Source: Lama glama (taxonomy: Eukaryota). From it: a stretch of 64,000 nucleotides of DNA. The stretch spans positions 41,106,001 to 41,170,000 of the forward strand of contig CM052839.1 of NCBI GenBank assembly GCA_028534125.1, given 5' to 3'. Positions 34,201-46,009 of this stretch are shown piece by piece (position 1 is the stretch's first letter; each line of letters starts with the position of its first letter). The notes beneath the pieces are model-generated. The model was not told the DNA's origin and made no database searches. It saw only the letters and a list, made by a program, of their open reading frames with translations. Position numbers and translations under genes: made by a program.

Positions 34201-35349
34201 TAGCAGGGTGTGATACCCTTCTTCTTGGCCTCCAGGTGAGCTGGATGTTGGGATAAAGACAGAGAACAGATGGGGGTCCTGGAACTCAAATGCAAAGCTG
34301 GAGCCCTAGAGGAGGTGCAGACTTTCTGCACCGTGGTCCTTTGGGAATTCTGAGCCACTTGGAGCCCCACTTAATAAACGTGGCCATCCCAGAGAAGCCG
34401 CTGCCCTCACAGCTGGTCTACGGGTGGCGTCACAAGGTTTCTGCATCATCAGTAAAACCAGCAATGGCAGTGGTACTTAGGGGGAAGGCCCACAGCCCTC
34501 ATCTGCTTGTATCCATGTGAATAGTGGAGTCCTGTGTCATTAGCACTAAAAGGGCTCAGGGACCCCCACTCACACCAGAAGCCCATGTCTTAGAACAAGG
34601 AGGGACTGGCCGAGTCACGCGCCCCAGTCGGGACTGGAGCTCGGCTCTCCGATTCCTTGGCCGTGCTCTTTCCCATGGTCCCTCAATGGACCATCTGTAC
34701 GTGTCAGGTGGTCAGTCCCCAGACCTGGAGAGAAGGCTGTGTGACCCACACACACTGCACACATGGTGCGAACTCCCACACTGTCCCCTTGTGTCCTCTA
34801 AGTGTGGGCAGTGGTTTTCCACAGAAGAGAAGCCCCTCCCGTCGCCCACTTAGGTCCCTGAGCAATTTCCTCTTCAAAAGTCTCAGTTCCAGGGCATGAT
34901 GTCCCGGGTCCTTCATAATCCTGGCTTTCGCGTTCCCAGCCTCACTTCCAACCAGTCACCCCAAAGCTCTTTGCAAACGGAGCGGTCCCTCTGCACAAAC
35001 CCACTGTCCTTTCTCAAGCTGCTGACCCTTGGCCATGCGGTTCCCTCTCTTGGGAATGCTTTTCCCGCTTGGCTCTTTTTTTAATTTTTTCCCTGCTCCT
35101 CTTTGAATGATCAGTCCTAGTTCTCTTTTCCCTTCATGTCCTCAGAGCCTGATGCATGCCTGGCATAAAGAGGCCCCCAGCACGCTTTTGCTGAATAAAT
35201 GAACGAAGCTGCCTCCCATTTCCCCCGTGTGACACCTCTCTCAGTACCGAGCCGGACACCCCGTCACCCCCGACCCCCACCCTAGCCCTGCCCCAACCAC
35301 CGCACTCACCTGGGAGGCTGAGAAGGAGCAGAGCGGGGGGCAGCCACAT
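27835..35349 (-). CDS. CD300LB: CD300LB activating receptor (CMRF35-like molecule 7), 279 aa; complement(join(27835..28216,28856..28943,30180..30509,35310..35349))
   Basis: Leader MWLPPALLLLSLPG, IgV FSIQGPESV..GWETY.KWWCRG, TM HY.LL.FVKVPILL.LV and tail KGSQR.PEE..QP.Y.N match human CD300LB; GT-AG introns, phases 1,1,2. Confidence 0.92.
28856..28943 (-). CDS. CD300LB: CD300LB exon 3, stalk ERAVLSTSESLPSGTMANSIMAMSSVSYIR
   Basis: TGTATAG acceptor, CAG|GTGAGT donor, 88 nt, phase 1 to 2. Confidence 0.85.
29355..29610 (+). mobile_element. Two vic-1-like SINEs in tandem or nested
   Basis: Heads at 29355 and 29461; flanking near-TSD ACAGACAGTTC / ACAGATAGTTC. Confidence 0.85.
30180..30509 (-). 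CDS. CD300LB: CD300LB exon 2, IgV domain with all four cysteines
   Basis: 330 nt, TTTTTTCCAG acceptor and G|GTAAG donor; QC..WWCRGERWELC..DTDTYWCG. Confidence 0.95.
30838..31030 (+). mobile_element. MER63-like hAT element
   Basis: CCCACCATGGCTGATTTCAGGCTACCAACGCGATGTCACTG..GAAGAGATG; second copy at ~55875-56050. Confidence 0.65.
32604..32739 (+). mobile_element. vic-1-like SINE
   Basis: tRNA-like head, AATAAATAAAC tail, near-TSD AAAATCTAACGCA / AAAATCGAATGCA. Confidence 0.88.
33880..34215 (+). repeat. Degenerate (TG)n tract
   Basis: Direct observation. Confidence 0.85.
35310..35349 (-). CDS. CD300LB: CD300LB exon 1, signal peptide MWLPPALLLLSLP(G)
   Basis: CACCATG Kozak context, CAG|GTGAGT donor, 40 nt. 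Confidence 0.92.
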
Positions 35350-35490
35350 GGTGCTGCCTCCCAGGCTCCTCGCCCCTCTGACCCGTGCCCACAAGTCACA
35401 CTTGGATCCCGGCTGGACGCTCAAAGTTCTGTCTGAGCACAGGTTTGTACCCTCGGCTTGTCCAGACTCGCTTTTGAGCTTCTTACTCAT

Positions 35491-35500
35491 TCACTTCCTT
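35491..35500 (-). promoter_or_regulatory. PU.1/ETS site AAGGAAGTGA upstream of CD300LB
   Basis: Consensus-like GGAAGTG about 145 nt upstream of the ATG; an equivalent site lies upstream of CD300E at ~57295-57305. Confidence 0.5.
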
Positions 35501-36421
35501 TTATACAGTGAGTATTTCCTGCTTTTAATTATTCAGCAAAAGGAGGGTTGTTTTTTGGCAGGGCTGGGTCATAGGGCATGAGATTTTGCACTAGGTAAGA
35601 AAGAGGAAGCAAAGAGGCTGTGATGGGGAGGGGGGCGGAGATGTGTCCACAGAAGGGTCAGAGGAGGGGGGATCTGGCCTGTCAGGCCTTTGGTCCCCGG
35701 GGTACAACAGTCTGGGTGCCAATTCCAGAAATGGTTCTCCAAGACAATAACGGGTCCCAGCATCAAAGAACCACCCCCAACTCAGGGGTCAGGTGAACAT
35801 GCTTGGACACCCGGCGATGCATTTGTTCAAAGGCACTTGTTACAGCCAAGTGCACGAAGTGCAGGCTGTGAGATGACACAGACAGCAGCTCCACAAGCAC
35901 CTCTTATAAGCTGTGTGACAGTGGACAACTTAGCCTTTCTAAGCCTCAGTGTTTGTATCTGTAAATTGGACTAATAAGAATTGTTAAGGGAATTAAATGA
36001 GAAAATGTACGTGAAGTTCTAAGGACAGAAAGGGTTAGCACTCTAATAACCAGGGTTATTATTAACAACCTGGGCAAGACTTCAGACACTAGATGAAGAG
36101 GAGGATAAATTAAGGCCAGGACAGGGGGCTGAGAGGAGGCTGGCGGACTGGCTTTCCTCACTAGTAATAGGACAGATTCTAACCTTAACCTGATAAAATT
36201 TAATTCCGATTGCTATAGATACAACCCAGTAGCTAAAACTGTTCTTGAAGAACAGTTTTGGGAGGCAGGTAAAGATATTTTGTCCCAGGTGTCCAGAGCC
36301 AACTGTGGAGGGAGGAGCTCTCTTGTAGGCTGGTGACACAGGACACATTCAGAAGGGCTGGAGAAGTAAGAGGTCTTGGTCATGCACCAGGGCCCTGGGG
36401 GCACCAAGAAAGTCTTGGGAA

Positions 36422-36530
36422 GGGGAGAGGGTATAGCTCAGTGGTAGAGTGTGTGCTTAGCATGCACGAGGTCCTGGGTTCAATCCCCAGGACCTCCATT
36501 AAAAATAAATAAATAAACCTAATTACCCCT
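36422..36530 (+). mobile_element. vic-1-like SINE
   Basis: GGGGAGAGGGTATAGCTCAGTGGTAGAG..GGTTCAATCCCCAG..AATAAACCTAATTACC. Confidence 0.9.
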
Positions 36531-37506
36531 CTTCCATAATACATGTATATAATTCATCACAGTAATGTAATAAAGGAGAAAAATCATACAGTTATAAATA
36601 AATATAATGCATGCAAAGCATTAAAGAAAAATCCATTATGATTCATGACAAGCTAGGAACAGAAGGGTTTCATGAGTAAATGTTCTGCAAACACTGAAAC
36701 CAACGGTGAATCATAAAAAGACTTCCCTTAAAAAGCAGGAGGAGAATAAGAGTGTTGAAAGTCATTACTTCATTCAACACTGATTAAGTTATGGCACAAA
36801 CAAACAAACAAAAGAAACAAAAGATATGAGAGTTGGAAAGGAAGAAACAAAATTCTAACTAATTATAGATGAATTGATTGTCTACATATAAAACTGAAAA
36901 GAATGGGTCCAATTTTTAGCAGGATTGCTAGATAGATACATGATCCGTGTCCAAATGTCACTCATGCAAAGTGTGGCTTCAAAATTTAATGAAAAAGATA
37001 CCATTTTTAATAACAATAACTACATAAGAGATTTATAATTAAAGTTAGCAAATATGCGAACAAGCTCTAAGGAGAAAATAATATGATGTTATTAAAAGAC
37101 ATTTTTAAATTTTTAAAAAATTGTGGTTAGATGCATATAACATAAAATTTACCATCTCAACTGTTTTGAGTGTACAGTTTAGTGCTATTAAATACCTGCA
37201 TAATGTTGTGTAGTCATCACTGCCATCCATCTCTGGAACTCTTTTCATCTTGTACAACTGAAACCCTGCACCCATTAAACTATGACCCCCTCATTCAGAG
37301 TTAGAGGAGGAGCTTAGGGCTTCAGAAGTATTCATGATGTTTATGACTTAAGCAGCAAGGTGAGCACTCAAGTGTTGAAGAGTATGCCTGGTTGAAAGAG
37401 TACATTTATTAGGTATATTCTATTGTTTGCATGAGACGTTGCAGGAAAAAATTGTTTCCCAAAAGTTTATGGAGTATTCTGAGAGACACACAACAGGGGT
37501 GCTGGA

Positions 37507-37512
37507 TTTATT
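37507..37512 (-). terminator. Candidate poly(A) signal AATAAA, 2 nt after the CD300C-like stop
   Basis: TGA CC AATAAA on the minus strand. Confidence 0.45.
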
Positions 37513-37514
37513 GG

Positions 37515-37701
37515 TCAGAGGTCATTACCATCCACCAGAGCAGGCTGTGGTCCTGGGTCGGGATGGATGGGCAAGAGATGTTGCTGGTTCCCAGAGCTCC
37601 TCTGAGGCCTGTTGACCCAGAGGACAGCACCGAGCATGCCCAGGAGCAGGGGCACCTTCAGGAAGACCAGGAGCAGGAAGTGGACGCTGCCCAGCAGGGA
37701 C
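37515..37701 (-). CDS. CD300C: CD300C-like exon 4, TM with Lys and tail
   Basis: [40 protein letters not shown]...DL*; CCCACAG acceptor. Confidence 0.85.
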
Positions 37702-40496
37702 CTGTGGGAGACACGGTGACAGACAGTGAGTGGCATCCTCAGAGGGTGGCCCTGGTGCCCCCGACTTTCCCCTACCCCAGTGCCCAGGTCCTGAGGCCAT
37801 GACAATGCACATAAAGATCACCCCTGGGCAGGCAGCCCCACCCTGTGTGCCTCTGCCCCTTTCTCTCTGCTTAATAATTGCCCTTGAGAATTAGGACTGT
37901 GGACATAGGCAGGGCATGGCCACTGGATAGATGCAAGGGAGACCCATCCAGACGGGACCTGGACAGGAGGATTTCTTCATAAACCTCCACATTCGGGAGG
38001 TACCCTATCTCGGGTACAGGAATCAATAATAGACTTATTTGTCTGATGTGTGCTCTCCTATAAATAGCAGTTCCCTTTAAGGAAGGAACTGTTTGTTTTA
38101 CTCACAGGGAGAAACTGGTACTGCCTTGGTACCTCCAAAGGTCCGTAGCAGTTGATGGGATAAATGAATGACCTCCCTCAGCTCCATCCTCCCTCAAGAG
38201 CCTGGATTCTTCAACAGGATGACACTTTGACCGGGGCTTGGGAAAGGCAGGGGTCGGAGTGCAGGGGCCACCGATGCCCAGACCATCTGCTTCCTGCCCT
38301 GCCCTGGGCAGGGGTCCTGCAGGTTCCTTTTGTAGAACATTTGTACTCACTTTTCCCTCTGCCTGGACCCTTTTTTCCTGCACATACATGAACGCCAGGC
38401 TCCCCAAATCCTGCAGATCTCCACTCAAATGATGATCAGCGAGGCTTTCCTGATTATCGTGTATTAAACAGCAAACCCAGTCATCTTCCCACACAGGCTC
38501 TCGCCAAACCTAAGTGATGACTGTCTCTCCATCACAAATTGCCATATTTATATACTAACTACGTGTTGATTTGTTCATGGTGTGAATCCCCCCTTAGATC
38601 ACAACTTCCGTCAGAGGAGGTTCCTGCCCGGGTGGTTCGCAACTGTGTCCACTGAAGAGCGCCAGGCACTTTGTAGGATCTTCACAACTAGGTGTGGAAT
38701 TAAATGAGGGACCTAGAGACAGGCGACCCAAGTCCCTCTACCCTGCCTGCTGACCTCGCAGAGAAGTCACCCAGGTACCGAAACCCTGGGATGCGGGCCC
38801 CTTACCGAGAGTGTTGACCAGGATCGGGGGTCTCCTGCCCAGACACGGTGCTCCAGGTGGGTGCTAGCAGGGTCGTGGGAGAATCTGGGGTGCTTGTGGA
38901 CCTCTCGGGGCTGGCGGCTAAGGGAGAAGTACGAGTCAGGCCCAGTGTCCTCCCCCTGGGTCCCCGCTCTACATCACTGGTGTGGCTCTGCTCACACAGG
39001 CAAGGTCACTCAGGTCATCTGGAGAGACATGCTGTGTTCGGCATCGCCCTGTGGTTGCACCCAGGCCTGACCTGCACCTTGGGCCCCTCCTCAGCCCCTC
39101 TCCAGGTGCACCCTGGCCAGGTGGGCACTTTGAGATGCAGAGAAAGAGAGGGGGCAGGGTCAGCCCGTCAGCCCGGCGGGGCAAGGTGAAGTCCCCCAGA
39201 GGGACAGAGAAAGCCCAGCGCAGGGGTCTGGGCTTCTTTTGTGCTTTCCTCAGGGTTACAACAGAAGGCCTCAAAACCGCAGGAGGCCCTTCTGTTTCTG
39301 GAAGGATCATTGGTGACCTTGGGGCCAGCACAAGAGCAGGACATACGCTAGGAGCTGGGGACGGGGCTGGCGAGGTCAGCGCAGGGCGTGGACTCTCAAG
39401 CAGGCACCACTCAGGGCACAGAGTGAGGGCGCATCTCACATCCTCGGGGCCCCAGGGTCCGGGCTGGCCTGTGTGGGGCGGGGTCGTGTGAGAGTGAGAC
39501 CAGCAGATGCCGTCATGGGCAGGACCTAGCACAGGTCCAGAAAGAGACACGGGGTCCCCTTCAGAGTGGACGTGGCCCTTGCAGGACAGCAGGCAGCGTA
39601 GGTGCCCAAGTGCGGGACACTCTCCGCTGTGGGCCAGGAAGTTGCCAGCCTCACCTATGTCGGGGGGAGCCCCAGGGCAGGCCCCACACGGGGACAGAGA
39701 TATACACGTGGGCAGGCGCACACACCGACTCCGTGTCCCGAGCCACTGCCCAGCCCCCTCCTCGCATCCTTGTCCAGCCTTTCTGTCCCACTTCTTCTCT
39801 GAGGGTCAAGGTGTGACCGGCCCTGGTGCTGGTGCTGGGGGGGGCAGTGGGGGAGCTCACCTGGGAACACAGACACCTCAACCTCAGAGGTGAGGTCAAG
39901 TGAAAATGATTTATCGATCCCACAACAGTATGTTCCCGCATCGTCCATTCTAAGGCTCTCCAAGGTCACTGTCAAGGTGAGGTTTGCAGGATGGTCCCTG
40001 ATGGACACGCGGTCATTCCTTACTTCTCTCTCTGACTCTGTGGTCTCCACTATGTTCCACGGTAAAAAACATGGGGATTTGCGCCAGTATTTGATATGAT
40101 CTATGAATTCCTTCTTATATCGACACTGCACGCTCAGCGATCCCCCGACGACGCCCGTCACCCTGCGGGGGCCTCTCAGGGACCAGCAGCCTGGAAAACA
40201 CAGCAAGTCTGGCTCCTCATCAGGTGGACCTGGGTCAGAGATGCCCTGGGGGTCACCCCCCGAAGTTCCCCATCTCACATCAGTCACCCCCCATCAGCCA
40301 GACCACACCTGGGGTGTCCTCCCCTTCCACACCTGGAAGCTTCTCTGCCTGCCCTCCCTCCCTCCTGTTGCGCTGCTGCTCACCCACCTCCACCCCCGCC
40401 CCTTCCTCTCCCCCAAGAAGGGCTGAGCCCCTCACCTGGGACGTGGAGAAGCAGCAGAGCTGAAGGCAGCCATAGGGCCCCATCCCTCGGGGTCAT
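37515..40496 (-). CDS. CD300C: CD300C-like activating receptor (CMRF35-like molecule 6, with CD300H-like N-terminus), 229 aa; complement(join(37515..37701,38806..38917,39861..40190,40436..40496))
   Basis: Open frame, GT-AG introns, phases 1,1,2; stalk and WVNRPQRSS tail resemble human CD300C; syntenic position next to CD300LB; IgV paired with CD300A. Confidence 0.78.
38806..38917 (-). CDS. CD300C: CD300C-like exon 3, stalk [38 protein letters not shown]
   Basis: CTTCTCCCTTAG acceptor, CG|GTAAG donor, 112 nt. Confidence 0.85.
39861..40190 (-). CDS. CD300C: CD300C-like exon 2, IgV domain nearly identical to that of CD300A
   Basis: 330 nt, 7 mismatches against 9066-9395. Confidence 0.92.
40436..40496 (-). 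CDS. CD300C: CD300C-like exon 1, signal peptide [20 protein letters not shown](G)
   Basis: 61 nt, CAG|GTGAG donor, phase 1. Confidence 0.87.
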
Positions 40497-42563
40497 TCCT
40501 CCAGCACAGATGTCACCTGCAGCAGTGCCAGACCCTGGGCAGGGACAAAATGGACCCTCCTCAGAGGACTCAGTCCAGTCCTCACTTCTGCTTTTCTGGG
40601 CCTCTCTGCTTCCTTGTCCAGCCCTGTCTTATGTCTTCACAATCTTCCACAGTGACTGGAGCTGATCAGGGTGCAGGAGGTGTGGGGAGAGAGGCAGCCC
40701 GACTGGTCCCGGGACCCGGTGCCCTGGGCTTCTCTCAATCCAGTGGCTGGACAGGTCCAGGGTCCCTCGGTCGGGGATGCTGTCCCCTCCTCACAGCTCC
40801 CAGCAGCTCCTCTCTCTCTCTCACATGCAGCCTCTCACAGCAGGGCCAAGATGGGTTCCTCCTGGGTGGGGCCTCCCTGCCTCTGTGATGCATCATTTCC
40901 TTGTGGTCAGGATAGACAGTCCCATCCATCCTCTCTGGCCTTGGTGGAGACCACAGAGGGGCTGTGTCCCCCAACCTGCAGCTCCAGGCACCCACAGAGC
41001 TCTGCCCCTGTGAGACCCTCAGCTCCTCTTCCGGCCACACACGTTGGCACAGTGATGCCGGACAACTTCAAAGGTCTCGTCTTGGTTCTGGGTTCCCAAC
41101 CCGGGTACCAATCCTTCAGGCTGTGGCTTCTTTCCTCTTGTGCACCTTGCTTCCCAGACTTAGATACATAGTAGCAGTGACCAGCCTTCTAAGACCCCTA
41201 ATTCATTCTTGTCCTCTTGCCAAACTATACTCCCTTTTGAGAATCAGGGAAGAAAACTGTGAATGGGTAAGACTTCAGAGGTGGAAGATATGAGTGGGAA
41301 GGATGGGAAGTTGGGGGCCTCGGGGGCTGAGGCTGAGCCTCCCTCGACTCACTGGCACAGAGAGGGCGGTTTTACAAGAGACCCCAAAGGCACCGAGTGC
41401 TGGTGCCCCTCTCGGATCTCCAGTGACAACCAGGAGCCTCTTCAAGGTGCAGAGCTGGGATCGGACCTGCCTAGCAGATGGGAGGCAGGACTGTCCTCAC
41501 TCAGTGTCTTGTTCGCACAATGTGTTGGTTCTTGATGTCATATTTCCCTTGGAAGTGGAATGGGGTAATGAGGGCCTGCTCTCCTTCCCTCCGGTAGGTT
41601 GTTGTTACAGCGTCTCAAGCTTGTCGTCCACAAATCAGGTTGCTTGCTTCCTCCAATTCAGATCTCCTACCCTCCCCACTTCCTGTCCGGGGCAGCAGCA
41701 CCTGCGGCCCAGTGCGCAGCGCTGAGGAATGCAGTGGAGGCAGCTGGCTCTGCTTGACCCCTTCTGTGGCTCCCGCTCATCACAGGTGAAGCCCCGTGTT
41801 CTGACTGTCTCCACACAGCTCATGGTGGTCCCCAGACACCCAGCACTTGCCTCAACATCCCGACTCCAGATCCACCCCCGTGCTGCCGCCCTCCCAACTT
41901 CCAGACCTGCCCGGGCCCTGGAACTCCTCCTCCTCTGCCTGACTCAGCCAATGGGCTTAACTGGACACCTTCCTCGACCCTCCCACGTTAGGCTGGCTCC
42001 CTTTTGATGGTTCCTCTTGGCCCATCTGACACTTCCCTCTTGGCTTTCATCAGACCTGTGATTTGGGTTCCATGTCTGTCTCCATGTGGACAGTGGCCCA
42101 TGAGTGGAGGGGCCACATCATGCTTCCTGCCCGGTGTCCTTCCTGGACGTGCTGGTCGCAATTCATCAACTGGGCTGTTGAATGAATGAGTGACTCAGTC
42201 ATTCCCTCAGCTCTCACCTGCTTTCAGAAGACTGAGTTATCCAACACTGCTGCTCCTTTTCCTCCTCAAGCTGGGGAATAGGACATGTAATGATTCTTGG
42301 AGCCCATGGTGCCACCTGACCGATGGAGGTATCAACTCTCTGGTCTTCCTGGATCCAGGTCTAAAATGCTCCCGTGGCAGGACATTTGCACCTGCCCTTT
42401 CCTTTGCCTGAGGATTCTTCCTCCAGGTGCCAACAGGTGCTCCAGGTGCCTCCAGGTGCTCCATTATTTTCTTCTGAACCTTGCTTAAATATCACCCTAT
42501 TCTTGGGCCTGATAAGAGTCACCTCTTACTACTGTACCAATAACATCCCATCTTATTTTTGTA

Positions 42564-42675
42564 GGGTGGGGAGGTAATTTCTTATTTATTTGTTTTAATG
42601 GAGGTACCAGGGGATTGAACCCAGGACCTCATGCATACTAAGCACATGCTCTACCACTGAGCTATACCCTCCCCC
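42564..42675 (-). mobile_element. vic-1-like SINE
   Basis: Reverse head and tail, flanked by imperfect duplication CCAATAA..ATCTTATTTT. Confidence 0.88.
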
Positions 42676-43588
42676 CACCAATAATACCCTATCTTATTTT
42701 ATGTTACTCCAAGATACTCTTCAACTTGGACTTGTACATTTCCACATGCTGGCACATGTGGATCTGGAGTCGGGATGTTGAGGCGAGCGCTGGGACTCTG
42801 GGGACTGCCCCGAGCTGTGTGAAGACAGTCAGAACACAGGGCTTCATCTATTAATTACCTCAGCCCACCAGCTGGCATGTGAGCTCCATAAAACTGAGCT
42901 CTTTCTCCTGTTTATTCATTGTTGGAACTCAACCCTTGAAAAGGAGATATGCAAATATATATGTAACATATATATGTATATACTTAAAGATGCTTATTGC
43001 AAATGATTCATCCAGCAAAAAAAAAAAATTGGAGGCAAAATGAATGCTCATCAATTAGAAAATGGTGGCCTACGGTATGGTATATTTCACTGCCTGCTAC
43101 TTTGGTCATCTCTCAACATACTTGCTGGATGAAAAAGTAGGTGCAATTACCCAGGTCTAGGCTGCTTTGAATGGAAGAGTCACAATAATAACCGGCCTTT
43201 CAGAGGTCATCAGTGTTGGCAAATTCACCATGGTGCACCTTGAACTGAATCAGTGGGCAGCCTACTCAAGTCTTCCTTTACTTGGATATCTAGTAGAGAA
43301 CTAGGCTATTGAAGAGAAGACCCACTCAGCTACTAAAACAGTTTGCAAACTTGAACTAGTTCTACACCCATAGGCCTTGGATGATGTGGGGAGGGGTCAG
43401 TGACCCATGAAGAGGAGGAAGAAAGGACTCTGTTAAGTTGCAACATTTTAATAGTATTATTCTTCTAGAGCCATCCGCAAAGTACCTGAATACACGAATC
43501 TGGTTGACTCAGCATGAGGAAGGGAGTAATGAGATTGTTCAGGGAATGCAGGATTCTGTTGTGAACTAACACCAATCAGAGAAGCCCA

Positions 43589-44088
43589 NNNNNNNNNNNN
43601 NNNNNNNNNNNNNNNNNNNNNNNNNNNNNNNNNNNNNNNNNNNNNNNNNNNNNNNNNNNNNNNNNNNNNNNNNNNNNNNNNNNNNNNNNNNNNNNNNNNN
43701 NNNNNNNNNNNNNNNNNNNNNNNNNNNNNNNNNNNNNNNNNNNNNNNNNNNNNNNNNNNNNNNNNNNNNNNNNNNNNNNNNNNNNNNNNNNNNNNNNNNN
43801 NNNNNNNNNNNNNNNNNNNNNNNNNNNNNNNNNNNNNNNNNNNNNNNNNNNNNNNNNNNNNNNNNNNNNNNNNNNNNNNNNNNNNNNNNNNNNNNNNNNN
43901 NNNNNNNNNNNNNNNNNNNNNNNNNNNNNNNNNNNNNNNNNNNNNNNNNNNNNNNNNNNNNNNNNNNNNNNNNNNNNNNNNNNNNNNNNNNNNNNNNNNN
44001 NNNNNNNNNNNNNNNNNNNNNNNNNNNNNNNNNNNNNNNNNNNNNNNNNNNNNNNNNNNNNNNNNNNNNNNNNNNNNNNNNNNNNNNN
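43589..44088. other. Assembly gap (500 N)
   Basis: Run of N. Confidence 0.99.
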
Positions 44089-44109
44089 CAGGTAAGCCAG
44101 AGGTAGAAC

Positions 44110-44950
44110 TCACAAAATATAGTTTATTTCACCTGCCCTTTTCCTTGGGGGTGGGTCCAGTGTGTCCCAGACCACCAAATCCCTGAAACTACTGACACAG
44201 CAGGTCCCTGAATCTGAGGGGGGTTCACCCCCAGTCTCTGGAGCACATCTAGCTACTTGTCTCTTCTTGTTATCAAGACCGATTAGATTGATATCATCTC
44301 CACAGTGGGCTAACTACGTTCTGAGCAGTGTCCAGATGATCCAGGCTCCTTCAGATGATATTGTGACAGAGAAAAAGAAGAAAATGAACACCATTCTGGG
44401 ACAAGACTATGAAAGTATACTGTTGCTCATGCTGAGTGAACACAGACCGCCTCTGTTCCTCCTTCCTGGTGGGTGTTGGAAAGGATGCATTGCCAGATCT
44501 ACAGTTGCACCAACACACCAGGCTGCGTCAATGACTCCAGTGCAGCAACCACAACGGACACAGAGCTGTGTCCTGGCTCCCCCTTGGGTGGGTTTCCACC
44601 AACCCGTGTCATTAGTGAATTAAAGATGCATATGATGGTCCCCCCGCTCTGTGTTCTTAAACTTGGAGGGTGGCACTGACCTCTGACATTTCTCCAGGAT
44701 GGGATGTTGATTTCCATTCACTCTCTTGGTCACTGCAGGGGGGCCATTTCGGGGCTTCCACTTGACCTTCCCCAACATGATCACTTTTACCCCACAGGCC
44801 AAGAAATCAGTATGAGAATTGTGCCCATTGTCAGGGAGCTCCATTTCTGGTATGTTTCCAGTCCAAGAAAATGACCATTGAGAGACCTCACCTGCCTTTC
44901 GATCTGGATCTTGCCTCTTGTTCTTTTAGTCATTGCCACCAATCCTTGAA
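44110..44950 (-). mobile_element. Decayed ERV-L internal (pro-pol/RT) fragment
   Basis: Minus-strand remnants in ERV-L order: ACGVKVIMLGKVKWKP, ATVDLA, QQYTFIVL (44401-44425), HCGDDINLI (44281-44307), QIQGP. Confidence 0.7.
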
Positions 44951-46009
44951 GCTGATTGCCATTCGGAATTTGGTACCTGGTCCACCAAGTGTGTTCACCT
45001 TGACCTAGACAGGTAAGTTCTACCACCTGCCTTCTGCTCTTCTGGAACTCTGTCAGCACCACTGATCCTCAGTTATGTAATGGCATCACCTGTGAATCCA
45101 GCACAGAGAGACCGGCCACCGTGGAACCTCTGGTAATACGCATGGTCCCCTCACCAGCATATTTCTTACTTTCCTTGTAAATGGAGTGTCCTCCAGGGCG
45201 TCCCAGGGATGATACTCATTTGGTGGGTTTTCAGGTCAGATATAGCAGTTCTGTCTTAGCATGCTAAATTCTTTGAGCCTATGACCCTCCCTTCCACACT
45301 CTGTCCCTGCCATTCTGGCTCCTGGACTTCGTTTAATGTGGGGCTTCATTGCTTCCCAGCTTCTAAGAGCCATCCCAGCCATGCACTAGTCCCAGTCTCC
45401 CAGGCTTTGCAGGTGTGCAGAGTGTCCCTGTGTTGTGTGCATGAAAGCCTCACGCTGACGGATTCTTCCCAAGTCAGCATTATATTCCACCACCCAGCCT
45501 AGCACCTGCAGATTCTCTCCCAGACACACCCTCCTGGTTCCTGCCAGTACGATTTCATTTTCTTCTTCCCTTGGTAGCCCTGCATATCCCCAGGTGGGCC
45601 ACGCTGGCACCTAACGTCAGTCAGGGGTGAGGTGGTCGGGAGGGGAAATGATGGCCAGTTCCTTAGGGCATGAGCGTGTGCTGTGTACTCAGCATCCTTT
45701 CAGACTTCTGCACAGTCTTCACAACGTGGGGAGCCCCTATATTCTAACAAGTGGACAGGCCACTTCTGGGGACCCAAAGGGAAACTAGGGTGGGGGGATT
45801 CAGATACTCAAGTGCATTGGTAGGTGTGTCAGCCCAAGTCTCAGGGCCTCACTTTTCCCTACCAGGAAACACTTGCCCTAAAACACTTGGTGAAGCTAAG
45901 AAATTAACCCTGACTGAAGTTTCACTTCTCTTAAAATTAGGTCCTGGCCTGATCTACAGCACAACTGTCCTTCCCAATAAAAGAAATGAGAGGCCCCTTA
46001 AATGCTAAG

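Noticed and set aside
38969-39721. 250-aa ORF in intron 2 of the CD300C-like gene
   Set aside because: No motif or exon-like boundaries; chance ORF in GC-rich DNA
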